In this document: positions 1-9,789 of the stretch, one piece after another | Layout of the letters: each line of letters begins with the position of its first letter | How positions within the stretch are numbered: position 1 is the stretch's first letter | NCBI GenBank assembly: GCA_041652215.1 | Contig: JBAZHU010000001.1 | Coordinates: forward strand, 1 to 39,717 | Origin: Methanoregula sp. | GTDB taxonomy: Archaea > Halobacteriota > Methanomicrobia > Methanomicrobiales > Methanospirillaceae | Direction of reading: 5' to 3' | Length of the DNA: 39,717 nt | Made by a program: the position numbers and the translations under genes | Notes under the pieces: model-generated | Database searches by the model: none | What the model saw: the letters and a program-made list of their open reading frames with translations, nothing else | What the model was told of the DNA's origin: nothing

Positions 1-158
1 TCTCATGCCGGATGCAGAGCCGGGTACGACAGAAACGGATGCCGGGGAGTGAGTGCCCGCCTCCCGGTTGGGCGTACCGATCTCATTCCCGTTCGGATCA
101 GGTTTAAACGATCATCGCGGTACATATCCCTACAGCAACAATGAGGAGGGTTCCCTTA

Positions 159-596
159 ATGAAACGTATTCTTCTGCTCTGTACGGCACTCGTTTTTCTC
201 CTGCTCATGGCAGGATGCACCCAGACTGCGCAGCAGGGTCAGCCGGCCGCTGCCACCACAACAAATAATCCGGCACAGGTTTCGACTACCTATACCTATG
301 CACTTGCGACAACGGCGCCTACAACGGCCGCCTTGGTTTCGGACAACACGATAAACATTAAGAACATGGCCTATGATCCTGCCGAGATCACGGTGAAGGC
401 CGGTTCGATCGTGCGGTGGGTCAACAGGGACAGCGTCGTGCACTCGGTTGTGTTCTCGAAGGATTCGAAGATCAATCCATCTGGTATACTCCGGAACAGC
501 GAAGGATTCTCCGTGAAATTCTATGAGGCCGGGACCTACCCCTATTCCTGCGGCATACACCCTGAGATGACGGGCACGGTCATCGTGACGCAGTGA
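159..596 (+). CDS. Cupredoxin (plastocyanin/halocyanin-like) lipoprotein
   Basis: SD GAGGAGG before ATG159. Signal peptide with lipobox MAGC, Thr/Ala-rich linker, type-1 copper ligands VHSV ... YSCGIHPEM. Confidence 0.88.
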   Translation: MKRILLLCTALVFLLLMAGCTQTAQQGQPAAATTTNNPAQVSTTYTYALATTAPTTAALVSDNTINIKNMAYDPAEITVKAGSIVRWVNRDSVVHSVVFSKDSKINPSGILRNSEGFSVKFYEAGTYPYSCGIHPEMTGTVIVTQ

Positions 597-814
597 TGCT
601 GCAGGAAATCTCTTTTTATCCGATATTCGGGAAACCGCTTCTCATGTACCTGGGGATCCTGACGCTCGCGGGTTTCCTGTGTACCGCGTCCATAGCCGTC
701 CTGAACCGGCGCGGCGTCCACACGATCCCGTTTGTCTGGCATCCCCGGCTTGCCGTGTTCTCCATCGCGTGTGCGGTTATCCACGGGATGCTTGGCGTCC
801 TGATGTTCTTTTAA
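596..814 (+). CDS. Small two-TM membrane protein with H-x13-H motif
   Basis: TGATG overlap with the cupredoxin stop. Two hydrophobic helices; WHPRLAVFSIACAVIH. Confidence 0.75.
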   Translation: MLQEISFYPIFGKPLLMYLGILTLAGFLCTASIAVLNRRGVHTIPFVWHPRLAVFSIACAVIHGMLGVLMFF

Positions 815-859
815 CATTTTTCCGGCGCTTCCCATAATGGAGTGGTGCCTGGGTATCTG

Positions 860-962
860 CCTTTTTTTTAAGAAAAAACCGGCAGGATGACGATGAAGCG
901 GCTGATGGCCGGGTACACGAGAATTTTTTTTGTTGAAAGGCTGCCATGCAAAAAAAAGTTCC
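860..962. terminator. Probable bidirectional termination region between convergent genes
   Basis: T8 and A8 tracts; imperfect inverted repeat gaatttttttt ... aaaaaaaagttc (~920-961). Confidence 0.45.
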
Positions 963-969
963 GGGCCGG

Positions 970-1173
970 TCAGTAGCCGGCCAACCGGAGCAGCGTACCA
1001 ACAACGATGCCGAACATGGAAGAGGATGCCGACATCAGCCCGAGCAGGATGTACCCGGATGCAACCCCGATCTTTAATGACGTGTAGGTGCGGTTCATGT
1101 TGAGGCGCCGTACCGTACGGAATGATTTGACGTCCGCTGAGATCTTCGGTTTGTTCTTTTTTATCCGGAACAT
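970..1173 (-). CDS. Small hypothetical membrane protein (67 aa)
   Basis: SD GGTGAAGG just upstream of ATG1173. Basic N-terminus, hydrophobic C-terminal half. Confidence 0.6.
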   Translation of the reverse strand: MFRIKKNKPKISADVKSFRTVRRLNMNRTYTSLKIGVASGYILLGLMSASSSMFGIVVGTLLRLAGY

Positions 1174-1397
1174 GGCCTTCACCTTTGGGGGCAGGTCATC
1201 TAAATACCGTGTGTGACAGCGGTACGGGGCGCCCACAGATATGTTATACTAAGAACAGGTTATATTTAGGGATTTTGAATTGTGGAAAATTAAAATTACA
1301 CAAAAATCTGGGTTTTATTTGCATTAATAAGCCCTCTAAACCGAATTCGCAGATTTTTATGCAAGTAAAACTGATAAAAAAGAGAACTACCCTTGAT

Positions 1398-1410
1398 TAC
1401 GCCGAGGGGG
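1398..1410. repeat. att site: 13-bp copy of the tRNA-Ser 3' end
   Basis: TACGCCGAGGGGG is identical to 3714-3726. Confidence 0.8.
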
Positions 1411-1427
1411 TGCTTAGCTAAACTTGT

Positions 1428-1601
1428 TCAACTCTCATTAAAAAAAGGGGGTTTTGGCTGATCGCGCATCTCTTCCACCCATCTCTCGGGGATGGACTGT
1501 TGCGGCGCGGTCGGAATGGTGAGCGCATAAGCGCACACGGCGATCAGGATGATTAAGAGGATCACAATGGCAGCGATCTTCTTAAAAAAAAGGGAGGTCA
1601 T
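1428..1601 (-). CDS. Small single-TM/secreted protein (57 aa), not in ORF track
   Basis: Manual translation MTSLFFKKIAAIVILLIILIAVCAYALTIPTAPQQSIPERWVEEMRDQPKPPFFNES*. Confidence 0.5.
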   Translation of the reverse strand: MTSLFFKKIAAIVILLIILIAVCAYALTIPTAPQQSIPERWVEEMRDQPKPPFFNES

Positions 1602-1606
1602 GGGGA

Positions 1607-1666
1607 TCAGTACTTCGTTAATTTTCTACCGAGTTGGGAATTAGCAATCCAACTCAAGAAGTTCAT
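1607..1666 (-). CDS. Putative 19-aa amphipathic peptide
   Basis: MNFLSWIANSQLGRKLTKY*, preceded by GGAGGTCAC. Stop is 5 nt before the next ATG. Confidence 0.3.
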   Translation of the reverse strand: MNFLSWIANSQLGRKLTKY

Positions 1667-1967
1667 GTGACCTCCTGCCGGCAAGAACGGCCAAGGGTCT
1701 GACCCCGTTTTAATTTCTTGTCAGGAGATCAGATTGTGGTCTGGAGATTTTGGTTCTCCGTTATGAGTCGCAAAAATTAGAGAAGTGTACTGGGAATCAC
1801 GCTGCCGGCGGCCCGTTTAATGATGCTGACATGAAAATGATAATTTACCCCGATGGGACGTATAAAAAATATAATTGATCTGATTAAAATTATTCAGAAA
1901 ATAATTCTATAAATCGCCGATCATTGTCAGAGAAAGGTTTTTTAGGATAAATAACCCTTTTATCCAT

Positions 1968-2213
1968 ATGTCAGAAACAAAGGATAAGGTAAGGGTCTAT
2001 CTCTCCCCGAAGCACTGGCAGGATGTTAACGGCATGAGAGAACCGGGGGAATCGTTTGACGATGTAGTGGGTCGGATGGTAGACGACCTGAAATTAAAAA
2101 AGATACTCTCGGAAATGGACGATATGATAGAGAACGGTGAATTTGTGGACTTAAAAGACGTTCCGAAATATCAGAGGGCTGTTAAGGGGCTAGCCAATGG
2201 ATCTGAAGATTGA
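1968..2213 (+). CDS. Putative antitoxin (archaeal RHH-like, GESFDDVV.R type)
   Basis: N-terminal beta strand plus EPGESFDDVVGRMV, acidic C-terminal part, overlaps the toxin gene. Confidence 0.7.
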   Translation: MSETKDKVRVYLSPKHWQDVNGMREPGESFDDVVGRMVDDLKLKKILSEMDDMIENGEFVDLKDVPKYQRAVKGLANGSED

Positions 2214-2454
2214 TCCCCGGATCCTCCGTGTGATAAATGCGTTACCGGATAAAACGCAGCGGATCGTCTATCAACACTTAAACCAACTGGAAAACCCATT
2301 CACGGCCCGCGATGTGGAGAATATTTCAGAAAACCGTTGGAGAATGCATATAGCGCATACCTTCACGGTGTATTATGGGATTAAAGAGGATAGTGTCTAT
2401 ATAACGCATTTCATGCCAATACAAAAGGCCCACAAGCGATACGATAGGGAATAA
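2197..2454 (+). CDS. RelE/ParE-superfamily toxin
   Basis: 85 aa; LENPF ... WRMHIAHTFTVYYGI ... VYITH pattern typical of the RelE fold; downstream of the antitoxin. Confidence 0.75.
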   Translation: MDLKIDPRILRVINALPDKTQRIVYQHLNQLENPFTARDVENISENRWRMHIAHTFTVYYGIKEDSVYITHFMPIQKAHKRYDRE

Positions 2455-2460
2455 TCACTT

Positions 2461-3674
2461 TCATTTCCCCACTTGTACCTGTGCCATTCCCTTTTTGATC
2501 TCCGTTAACCTGTCGATCATGAAGTCAGGGTTATGCACAACGGCATTTTTCCAGTTCTCTTTATAATTCCTGGCCTGTTCTGTCAGATCGATTCCGCACA
2601 TGTGACAATGCTGCGCGATCGGGTTCATCGCAAAACAGTATGGGCATTGGATCGGGATGTTCTGCCGGGCCGCATCCAGTTTTTTCTTGATCCCGGACTT
2701 ATCTAAAAACTCGTTATAAACATCGTCTTTTCCGAGTTTCAGGTATATTTTCATCATGTTTGTATTCTGATTCGCCCATGCGATCTCTTTGATCACACAC
2801 TCCTGATACCCATCCCGGGCCATCTCCGAGATCCGCGATTTTCTGAAACGGTGTGGTGTGACTTTTTTTTGATTCCTGCCCGGGCAGCGGCCCTGGTGAT
2901 CACGTATGCGATTGCCCGGTACTGCATCCTGCTGCCGCTCACAGAATCGGTAAAAATGAAGGCGTCGCCGTCAGGAGTGCCCGGGTAAACCCGCCGCCAT
3001 GCTGCGAGGTATTCAACGCTCATTAGGAGCGGGGGATATCTCAGTTTTTGGGTTTTTATGTCCCGTATGGAAAGGCGGATCACGCCCTCAACAGTATATT
3101 CCAGATCCCGCCATCGCAGGGAGGCCGCTTCTTTTATCCGGGCCGCACTCTCGAAAGTAACCGCTATGATTGCCTGATCCCGGATGCTGTTTTTACAGGC
3201 CGCGATCATCTCGGCGATTTCCGCCCGGACGAGCAGGTCTTTTGCCTCTAGGGTTTCGGGGATCATCGGGGATCGCAGGTCGGCGATATCGTCCCGTGTC
3301 AGGGTTGCCATTTTCCTTTTAATCAGCCAGATGAAAAATAGTTTAAAAATCTGAATATGATCGGCGATGGTGTTAGGGGTGTATGTTTCCCCTCTCATGG
3401 TCTTGTATTCCCGGAGTTTATTGATCGCGGCGGTGAGTTCGTCAAGAGTCATATCCGACCAGTTACCGGTGTAAAATTTCCGCCATGATAACAGGGTCTG
3501 CGTGATTTTTGAACACCGCATACCGCCTATGTATTTCGTGGCCTTTTGAAATTGATGAATCTTTGAATCAGATCGGCATTTTTCCTGTCGATCTGTCCGG
3601 TTTTTTTTCCCCGATCGAGAAGGTGAAGCCAATAATCTGGAGCTTCATGTTTTGTGAAAATAAGCCGTTTCCAT
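2461..3674 (-). pseudogene. Tyrosine recombinase/integrase with C-terminal Zn ribbon, frameshifted
   Basis: Catalytic R (FESAARIKE) and K (DIKT) are in ORF 2793-3632. HxxR (VTPHRFRKSR), W, catalytic Y (KIYLKL) and CPYC..CHMC are in the -1 frame (ORF 2461-2823) after the A8 run at 2863-2870. Further apparent indels lie near 3544-3547 and 3650-3653. Confidence 0.85.
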
Positions 3675-3715
3675 AATACAAGATATATGAAAACAGATTT
3701 GAACTTTGGTAAATA

Positions 3716-3800
3716 CGCCGAGGGGGAGATTTGAACTCCCGAGGCGCGAAGCGCCAGTAGCTTTCGAGGCTACCGCCTTCCCGGGCTAGACTACCTCGGC
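3716..3800 (-). tRNA. tRNA-Ser(CGA)
   Basis: GCCGAGG/CCTCGGC acceptor stem, discriminator G, anticodon arm GTAGC-CTCGAAA-GCTAC, long variable arm GGCGC-TTC-GCGCC, TTCAAAT T-loop; CCA not encoded. Confidence 0.95.
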
Positions 3801-3955
3801 ACCCGGTTCAGATCCTTTTCTTTTCGATTCCACTAATAGTTATCTGATTTGCGTTCGCCCGCCACGGGTCCGTGACGGGGTTCATCCTGTGACGCAGGCG
3901 TGTGCAGCTCTGTATCGTAAACAACAAAAAAAGGTTTGAGTATTTTTGTCCGGGC

Positions 3956-5554
3956 TTATGCCATCGGCGGCATGCCCGGGGTTCTCCTTGACTGCGTGAT
4001 CATCATGTCGTCGACACGGATCAGCATGATGGCAGTCTCGGAAGCACTCTGGATTGACTGGCGCTTTGACCTGAGCGGTTCGAGTACACCCTCGGCGTGC
4101 ATATCAATGACTTCGCCGGTAAAGACGTTGAGGCCGGCGGTCTTCTTGCCTTTTGCATGGGCGTTCTTGAGTGAGACCAGCTTGTCGATTGGGTTAAACC
4201 CTGAGTTCTCTGCAAGAGTGCGGGGGATGGTCTCAAAGGCTGTTGCGTATCCCTCAATGGCGAGCTGGACCCGGCCTCCGACCGTCTCGGCATAGTCCCG
4301 GATCTTCATTAAGAGTTCAGTCTCGACTGCGCCGCCGCCGACAACATACGTGCCGTCCTCGATCGCGTCCATGATCACACGGGTACCATCAACTACGGCA
4401 CGCTCGAGTTCATCGAGAAGGTAGTCGCTCGTGCCCCGAAGGAGGATGGTGATCGTCTTGGGGTTCTTGCAGCCGGAGATCCGCGTGACATCGATATCGT
4501 TGTCTTCCTCGACAACCTCGGCGTGGCCGAGATCCTTTGCGGTCAGATCCTCAGGCTTGTTGACAATATTTGCACTCAGCGCCCTGGCAGCGTACTTGAG
4601 ATCCTTTTCCGGGACATCCTCAACGGCATAAATGCCGTTCTTTGCAAGGAAGAACTGGACCGGGTCTGCGATGCCTTTCTGGCAGAACACCACATTTGCA
4701 CCGGCATTCACGATAGCATCAGCGAGTTTCTTTAAGGTCGCCCGCTCCTGCTCGGAGAACGCTGCAATCTGGTCGGCAGTCGTGATCTTGATCTTCGCCT
4801 TCACCTGGGTCTTGGTGATCTCCATCGGGGTTGCGATGAGTGCGACTTTGGCCTTCGTGACCTTCTTTGGCATGCCTTCGCTGATGCGCTTCTTGTCAAG
4901 GACAATCCCTCTGACGAGCTCGGCGTCGTCCATCGACTTGCCCTTCTGCTTCTTGATCATCACATCGTCTTCATCGGCAAGGTATTTCCCGTCGACCTTC
5001 TCTGCGATGGCCATGACTGCGTCAACGATGATGCCGTCGAGTTTTCCCTTGACCGATTCGATCGACTTGCCCGTGATTGCGGTGTCTGCAATCTTCACGA
5101 GCGTCTTTCTGTCCTTCGGGTCGACCTTGAAGGAGAGGGACTCCGTGATCTCGAGTGCCTTCTCCATGCCCAGCCGGTATCCCTGTGCGATCACGGTCGG
5201 GTGGATGCCCTGCTCCAGGAGGTGCTCTGCCTGCTCCATCAGCGAGCCGGCAATGACGACTGCGGTGGTCGTCCCGTCGCCTACCTGATCGTCCTGAGTC
5301 TTTGCCACTTCGATGACCATCTTTGCGCCGGGGTGCTGGACAGAGATCTCTTCTAAAATTGTCGCCCCGTCATTAGTGATGACAATGTCACCGGTCGAAC
5401 CCACGAGCATCTTATCCATGCCCCGGGGACCAAGTGTAGTCCGGACCGCACCGGCGATTGCCTTTGCAGCCATGATATTCGAGCGCTGGGCCTCCTTGCC
5501 CGTGTTGCGCTCCACATTGTCTTTTAGGATGATAATTGGTTGACCTGATAACAT
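3956..5554 (-). CDS. ths: Thermosome (group II chaperonin) subunit
   Basis: [19 protein letters not shown] and GDGTTT motifs; start [10 protein letters not shown]. Confidence 0.97.
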   Translation of the reverse strand: MLSGQPIIILKDNVERNTGKEAQRSNIMAAKAIAGAVRTTLGPRGMDKMLVGSTGDIVITNDGATILEEISVQHPGAKMVIEVAKTQDDQVGDGTTTAVVIAGSLMEQAEHLLEQGIHPTVIAQGYRLGMEKALEITESLSFKVDPKDRKTLVKIADTAITGKSIESVKGKLDGIIVDAVMAIAEKVDGKYLADEDDVMIKKQKGKSMDDAELVRGIVLDKKRISEGMPKKVTKAKVALIATPMEITKTQVKAKIKITTADQIAAFSEQERATLKKLADAIVNAGANVVFCQKGIADPVQFFLAKNGIYAVEDVPEKDLKYAARALSANIVNKPEDLTAKDLGHAEVVEEDNDIDVTRISGCKNPKTITILLRGTSDYLLDELERAVVDGTRVIMDAIEDGTYVVGGGAVETELLMKIRDYAETVGGRVQLAIEGYATAFETIPRTLAENSGFNPIDKLVSLKNAHAKGKKTAGLNVFTGEVIDMHAEGVLEPLRSKRQSIQSASETAIMLIRVDDMMITQSRRTPGMPPMA

Positions 5555-5595
5555 ATGCGATCCTCTAAGTGATGTAAAAGGTGGAATTGAACTTC

Positions 5596-5603
5596 TATAT
5601 ATA
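5596..5603 (-). promoter_or_regulatory. TATA box of the thermosome gene
   Basis: TATATATA about 42 nt upstream of ATG5554. Confidence 0.5.
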
Positions 5604-5639
5604 CCAATCCCTTTCGGGGTATATGTAAAAAATAAATGG

Positions 5640-6245
5640 TTAATCAATACGGGATATTTTGAAGAGCGAATAGACCGGCACGCCATCGATATCCTTGATG
5701 CCGCGCTTATCGAAGATCACCCAGATGGCGACGGGAACCGCCCCGTGTTTCTTGAGATATTTCACGACCTCCCGCATCGTATTGCCCGAAGTAATAACAT
5801 CGTCAACAATAATGCAGCGTTCATCGGCAACAGAGGCAAAGTTCCCGCTGATCGATCCGATCGGGTGCTCGCTCGTGTTTTGCTTCGAAGGATGGAAGAT
5901 GGCAAGCTGTGCCGCTTCCTGCACGGCGATGACTGTTGCAAGCGGGATGCCGGAGAGGGCGATGCCCACGATGACATCCGCAGCGGGTGACTCCGGGTCT
6001 TTCTGCGCAGTGTAATACCGGTTCAGGAGCATCTGGGCTATCCCGTCCAGCAGCGGCGCCTGGCTGCTCACCGCTGTCCAGTCGATATGGACATCCTTTG
6101 GTGCGGCCGATCCGCCTTTTGCCTGGGTTAAAAGCCAGGTCACCGTTTCCATGGAAAGCGAGAGCTCGTCTGCAATCTGGCCGGGGCTGTGCCCCTCGGA
6201 CAACAGTACTTTTGCCCGGGCGATCAGATCGTCAAGGGAAGACAT
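5640..6245 (-). CDS. gfcR: GfcR / orotate phosphoribosyltransferase-like regulator (HTH + PRTase)
   Basis: N-terminal [25 protein letters not shown]; PRPP loop [12 protein letters not shown]. Confidence 0.85.
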   Translation of the reverse strand: MSSLDDLIARAKVLLSEGHSPGQIADELSLSMETVTWLLTQAKGGSAAPKDVHIDWTAVSSQAPLLDGIAQMLLNRYYTAQKDPESPAADVIVGIALSGIPLATVIAVQEAAQLAIFHPSKQNTSEHPIGSISGNFASVADERCIIVDDVITSGNTMREVVKYLKKHGAVPVAIWVIFDKRGIKDIDGVPVYSLFKISRID

Positions 6246-6267
6246 GAGAAAAAAGATTTGTGGTAAT

Positions 6268-6723
6268 CTATTTAAGTTTTCGTTTAATATTTGAACCGCA
6301 GACCGGGCATTCCCCATCGGTTTTAAAGTAACGGCCGCAGCCGCTGCACCGGTATTTCCATGTAATCTTTTTTGCCGCCCGCTGCATGAGCGGCTGAACG
6401 GCAATTCCCAACACGGCCGCCACGTTCTGGATAGCGAAGTCATCTGTAAAAATGGTAGCTCCGAGTTCCCCGGCAAGGGCGAGTATGTCGCAGTCTGTCG
6501 CAGAGATCACCGGGAGATCCCCGGATTTCCTGGCTGCCTCTTTTACCCGTGCAAGTTCCTGCGCAGCAGGAGAGAGGACAATGAGCCCGGCGTTTACGAG
6601 CAGGTCGTACCGGCATTTGCTTTTGAGATCCACCAGTTCCTCTACCACAGAAGGTGTCGTGTAGCACTCACCGGTGACCGGGTAATCCGTAAAAAAAACG
6701 GTTGAATCGAGGATGCACTTCAT
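6268..6723 (-). CDS. nob1: NOB1-family rRNA-processing endonuclease (PIN + Zn ribbon)
   Basis: [20 protein letters not shown]; CSGC ... CPVCG. Confidence 0.92.
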   Translation of the reverse strand: MKCILDSTVFFTDYPVTGECYTTPSVVEELVDLKSKCRYDLLVNAGLIVLSPAAQELARVKEAARKSGDLPVISATDCDILALAGELGATIFTDDFAIQNVAAVLGIAVQPLMQRAAKKITWKYRCSGCGRYFKTDGECPVCGSNIKRKLK

Positions 6724-6765
6724 AACGTATCCAAATCTTGCCGGCGCGGCCTTCCGCACATGCGA

Positions 6766-7611
6766 TCAGCCGCGCAGAGCGGCCGCGATACAGTTGGCAG
6801 CTGAGAACCTGCTGCATCCCCGCTCGATGGTGTCGCTGCAGAAAACGTCCCGGATCCCGTTTGCCTTCAGGTGTACGTACGCCCCGCCTATCAGGACGCC
6901 ATGGACACAGGTGGCATAGACATTCGTTGCCCCCTGCTTGTACAGCATGCCCGCTGCCGTCGCGATCGTGCCGCCGGTTGAGATGATATCGTCAACGATG
7001 ACTACGGATCGCGATGCGGCACAGAGTTTCTTTGGCGCCATCTTCACTTCGACCCCTGAGAGCCGGGTCTTCTCCAGGTGGTCGCAGTCCCATCCGCCCA
7101 CGGATGCCACGTTTTCTGCAAAGGCAAGAGCCCCGTCATCGGGAGAGAGAATGAGAGGGTCGTTGAGATCCATGGATTTGATATATGCCCCCACGTCTTT
7201 TCCCAGCGATATATTTGTGGTCTGCACGCCGAAGTATTTCAGTACTTCGGGTTCGTGGATATTGACCGTGATGCAGTCCTCAACCCCGTTCCTGAAAAGC
7301 CGGGCGATGGCGCGGGCGCTGATCGGCTCCCCGTTCTTAAACCGTTTGTCCTGGCGTGCATACCCCATGTAAGGGAGGACGAGGTGGTTTCTGGAGCCCT
7401 CGCAGGCATCGATCATGAGGAGCAGCTGGACGAGCGCATCGCTGTCGGTGACACTCCCGACAATGACCGTCTCATCGTCAAGTTCGCCGGCGGCAAGGTA
7501 CAGCTCGCCGTCAGGGAACCGTGAGAATTTCACATCAACAATTGTGGTGTTTAGTGCCCCGGCAATTCGGGCGGCAAGAACCTGGGATTTTTCCGTGCTG
7601 ATCACTTTCAT
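6766..7611 (-). CDS. prs: Ribose-phosphate pyrophosphokinase
   Basis: RFPDGE, PYMGYARQDK, VDDIISTGGT. Confidence 0.96.
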   Translation of the reverse strand: MKVISTEKSQVLAARIAGALNTTIVDVKFSRFPDGELYLAAGELDDETVIVGSVTDSDALVQLLLMIDACEGSRNHLVLPYMGYARQDKRFKNGEPISARAIARLFRNGVEDCITVNIHEPEVLKYFGVQTTNISLGKDVGAYIKSMDLNDPLILSPDDGALAFAENVASVGGWDCDHLEKTRLSGVEVKMAPKKLCAASRSVVIVDDIISTGGTIATAAGMLYKQGATNVYATCVHGVLIGGAYVHLKANGIRDVFCSDTIERGCSRFSAANCIAAALRG

Positions 7612-7803
7612 GATAACGTACCTGTCCCTTCGCGGCAGAGGGACGGACCTTTCCCTGCCTTACTATTACACCCTGCTGGTTGTATTATTTTTGCATGGCG
7701 CATGAAGGCGGGGCCGGAGTTTTGTCATCGCTACAAAGTACTTAAACTATCATGCGTCAAATAATATGAAAAGTTCAAGGGTAATAAAGAGGTAAAATTT
7801 CCA

Positions 7804-9789
7804 ATGGAAAATTCCGAACACGAAGTACCGGCGCAAGATGAGGCGGTTCCCTCAGTCCAGCAGCCGGAGCCTGCCGCTCCCGGGGCAGCAGCGCCCCAGC
7901 CTGATACCACGGTGCAGGCGGCAAAAATTGTCGAAGGAGCATCCTCCCAGATCGAGGTCCCGGCAAAGCTGATCGACCAGGTAATCGGTCAGGAGCGTGC
8001 GGTCGAAGTGATACGGAAAGCCGCGATCCAGCGCCGGCATGTCATGATGATCGGAAGCCCGGGGACGGGAAAGTCGATGCTTGCAAAGGCGATGGCCGAG
8101 CTCCTGCCAAAAGAGGAGCTCCTCGATATCCTCGTCTACCCGAACTCCGACGATTCCAATAACCCGATTATCCGGACCGTCGCCGCAGGCCGGGGCAAGC
8201 AGATCGTCGCCGCCCACAAGGCCGAGGCCAAGAAAAAGATCCAGTTCAGGAACACCCTTCTCCTGATTCTTATCATAGGTATTATCGGGTACGCGTTTAT
8301 CACCATGCAGATTCTCTTTGGGATTCTGGCAGCAGCGTTCGTCTTCATAGCGCTGCGGTACACGACGCCCCGCGAGGAGGCAATGGTGCCAAAGCTTCTC
8401 GTCTCCAATGACACCAAGAAGGCGGCCCCCTTTATCGATGCAACCGGCTCTCACGCCGGGGCGCTTCTCGGAGATGTCCGGCACGACCCGTTCCAGAGCG
8501 GCGGGCTCGAGACCCCGGCGCACGACCGGGTAGAGGGAGGAGCTATTCACCGCTCGAATGGCGGGGTTCTCTTCATCGATGAGATCAATACGCTCGATCC
8601 CCACTCCCAGCAGAACCTCTTAACCGCACTTCAGGAAGGGGAATTCCCCATTACCGGCCAGAGTGAACGTTCCAGCGGTGCGATGGTCAGAACCGAACCG
8701 GTTCCCTGCAAATTCGTGATGGTCGCGGCAGGCAATCTCGATGCAATACAGGGCATGCACCCGGCGCTGCGGTCCCGTATCCGTGGCTATGGGTACGAGG
8801 TTTACATGGCCGAGAGCATGGAAGACACTCCCGAGAACCGCGAGAAATTCATCCGGTTCATTGCGCAGGAAGTCAAAAACGACGGGAAGATCCCGCACTT
8901 TGACAAGGGTGCCATTGACGAGGTCATCCGCGAGGCCCGCCGGCGCTCGAACCGCAAGGGGCATCTTACCTTAAAACTCCGTGACATGGGCGGGCTCATC
9001 CGGGTCGCCGGAGATATCGCCCGGCAGGAAGGGGCGACTCTTACTACCGCAGCACACGTGATCACGGCAAAGACCACCGCACGGACGATCGAGGACCAGG
9101 TCTCGGACGAGTACATCCGCCGGAGCCGGGAATACGAGCTTACCGTGATCGAGGGCACCCGGGTCGGCCGGGTCAACGGTCTTGCAGTCATGGGATCCGA
9201 TTCGGGATCCGTGCTCCCGATCATGGCGGAAGTCACCCCGGCACAGGGTGCAAGCGGTTCGGTGATTGCAACCGGTATGTTAAAGGAGATCGCGCAGGAA
9301 TCGATCAAGAACGTGAGCGCGATCCTCAAAAAGTTCACCGGTAAGGATGTGAGAAATATCGATATCCATATCCAGTTCATCGGGACCTATGGCGGTGTGG
9401 AAGGCGATTCGGCCTCGATCAGCGTGGCGACGGCTGTGATCAGCGCGATCGAAGGCATCCCGGTGCGGCAGGACGTTGCCATGACCGGCTCGCTTTCCGT
9501 GAGAGGCGATGTGCTCCCGGTGGGTGGCGTAACGTTCAAGATCGAGGCCGCGGCAAAGGCCGGGATCAAGACCGTGCTCATCCCCCGGACCAATATCAAC
9601 GATGTGCTGATCGAGGAAAAATACAAGGCCCTCGTGACGATTATCCCCGTGGATACCATCGACGAGGTGCTCAAGCACGCGCTCGTTCCCGAGAACATGG
9701 ACGGGTTCCTTTCCAAACTCCGGCAGATGGCAGTCCGGTCGACTTCGGTATTCACGGATGCTTCGGCCATCAACAAGACACCGGCATGA
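7804..9789 (+). CDS. lonB: Membrane-anchored ATP-dependent protease LonB
   Basis: Walker [11 protein letters not shown] insertion, LFIDE, catalytic Ser in VEGDSAS and Lys in GGVTFK. Confidence 0.96.
   Translation: MENSEHEVPAQDEAVPSVQQPEPAAPGAAAPQPDTTVQAAKIVEGASSQIEVPAKLIDQVIGQERAVEVIRKAAIQRRHVMMIGSPGTGKSMLAKAMAELLPKEELLDILVYPNSDDSNNPIIRTVAAGRGKQIVAAHKAEAKKKIQFRNTLLLILIIGIIGYAFITMQILFGILAAAFVFIALRYTTPREEAMVPKLLVSNDTKKAAPFIDATGSHAGALLGDVRHDPFQSGGLETPAHDRVEGGAIHRSNGGVLFIDEINTLDPHSQQNLLTALQEGEFPITGQSERSSGAMVRTEPVPCKFVMVAAGNLDAIQGMHPALRSRIRGYGYEVYMAESMEDTPENREKFIRFIAQEVKNDGKIPHFDKGAIDEVIREARRRSNRKGHLTLKLRDMGGLIRVAGDIARQEGATLTTAAHVITAKTTARTIEDQVSDEYIRRSREYELTVIEGTRVGRVNGLAVMGSDSGSVLPIMAEVTPAQGASGSVIATGMLKEIAQESIKNVSAILKKFTGKDVRNIDIHIQFIGTYGGVEGDSASISVATAVISAIEGIPVRQDVAMTGSLSVRGDVLPVGGVTFKIEAAAKAGIKTVLIPRTNINDVLIEEKYKALVTIIPVDTIDEVLKHALVPENMDGFLSKLRQMAVRSTSVFTDASAINKTPA

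Larger units (their letters stand above)
1398..3726. mobile_element. ~2.3-kb integrated element (degenerate mini-island) at tRNA-Ser(CGA)
   Basis: Bounded by the 13-bp direct repeat, integrase adjacent to the tRNA, TA cargo, AT-richer than flanking housekeeping genes. Confidence 0.8.

Noticed and set aside
855-965. Further copies of the array palindrome in this intergenic region
   Set aside because: Only loose AAAA .. CCGG similarity without the fixed spacing; better explained as terminators.
1185-1421. 78-aa plus-strand ORF
   Set aside because: Crosses the att site and the AT-rich promoter region of the 970-1173 gene; no motif.
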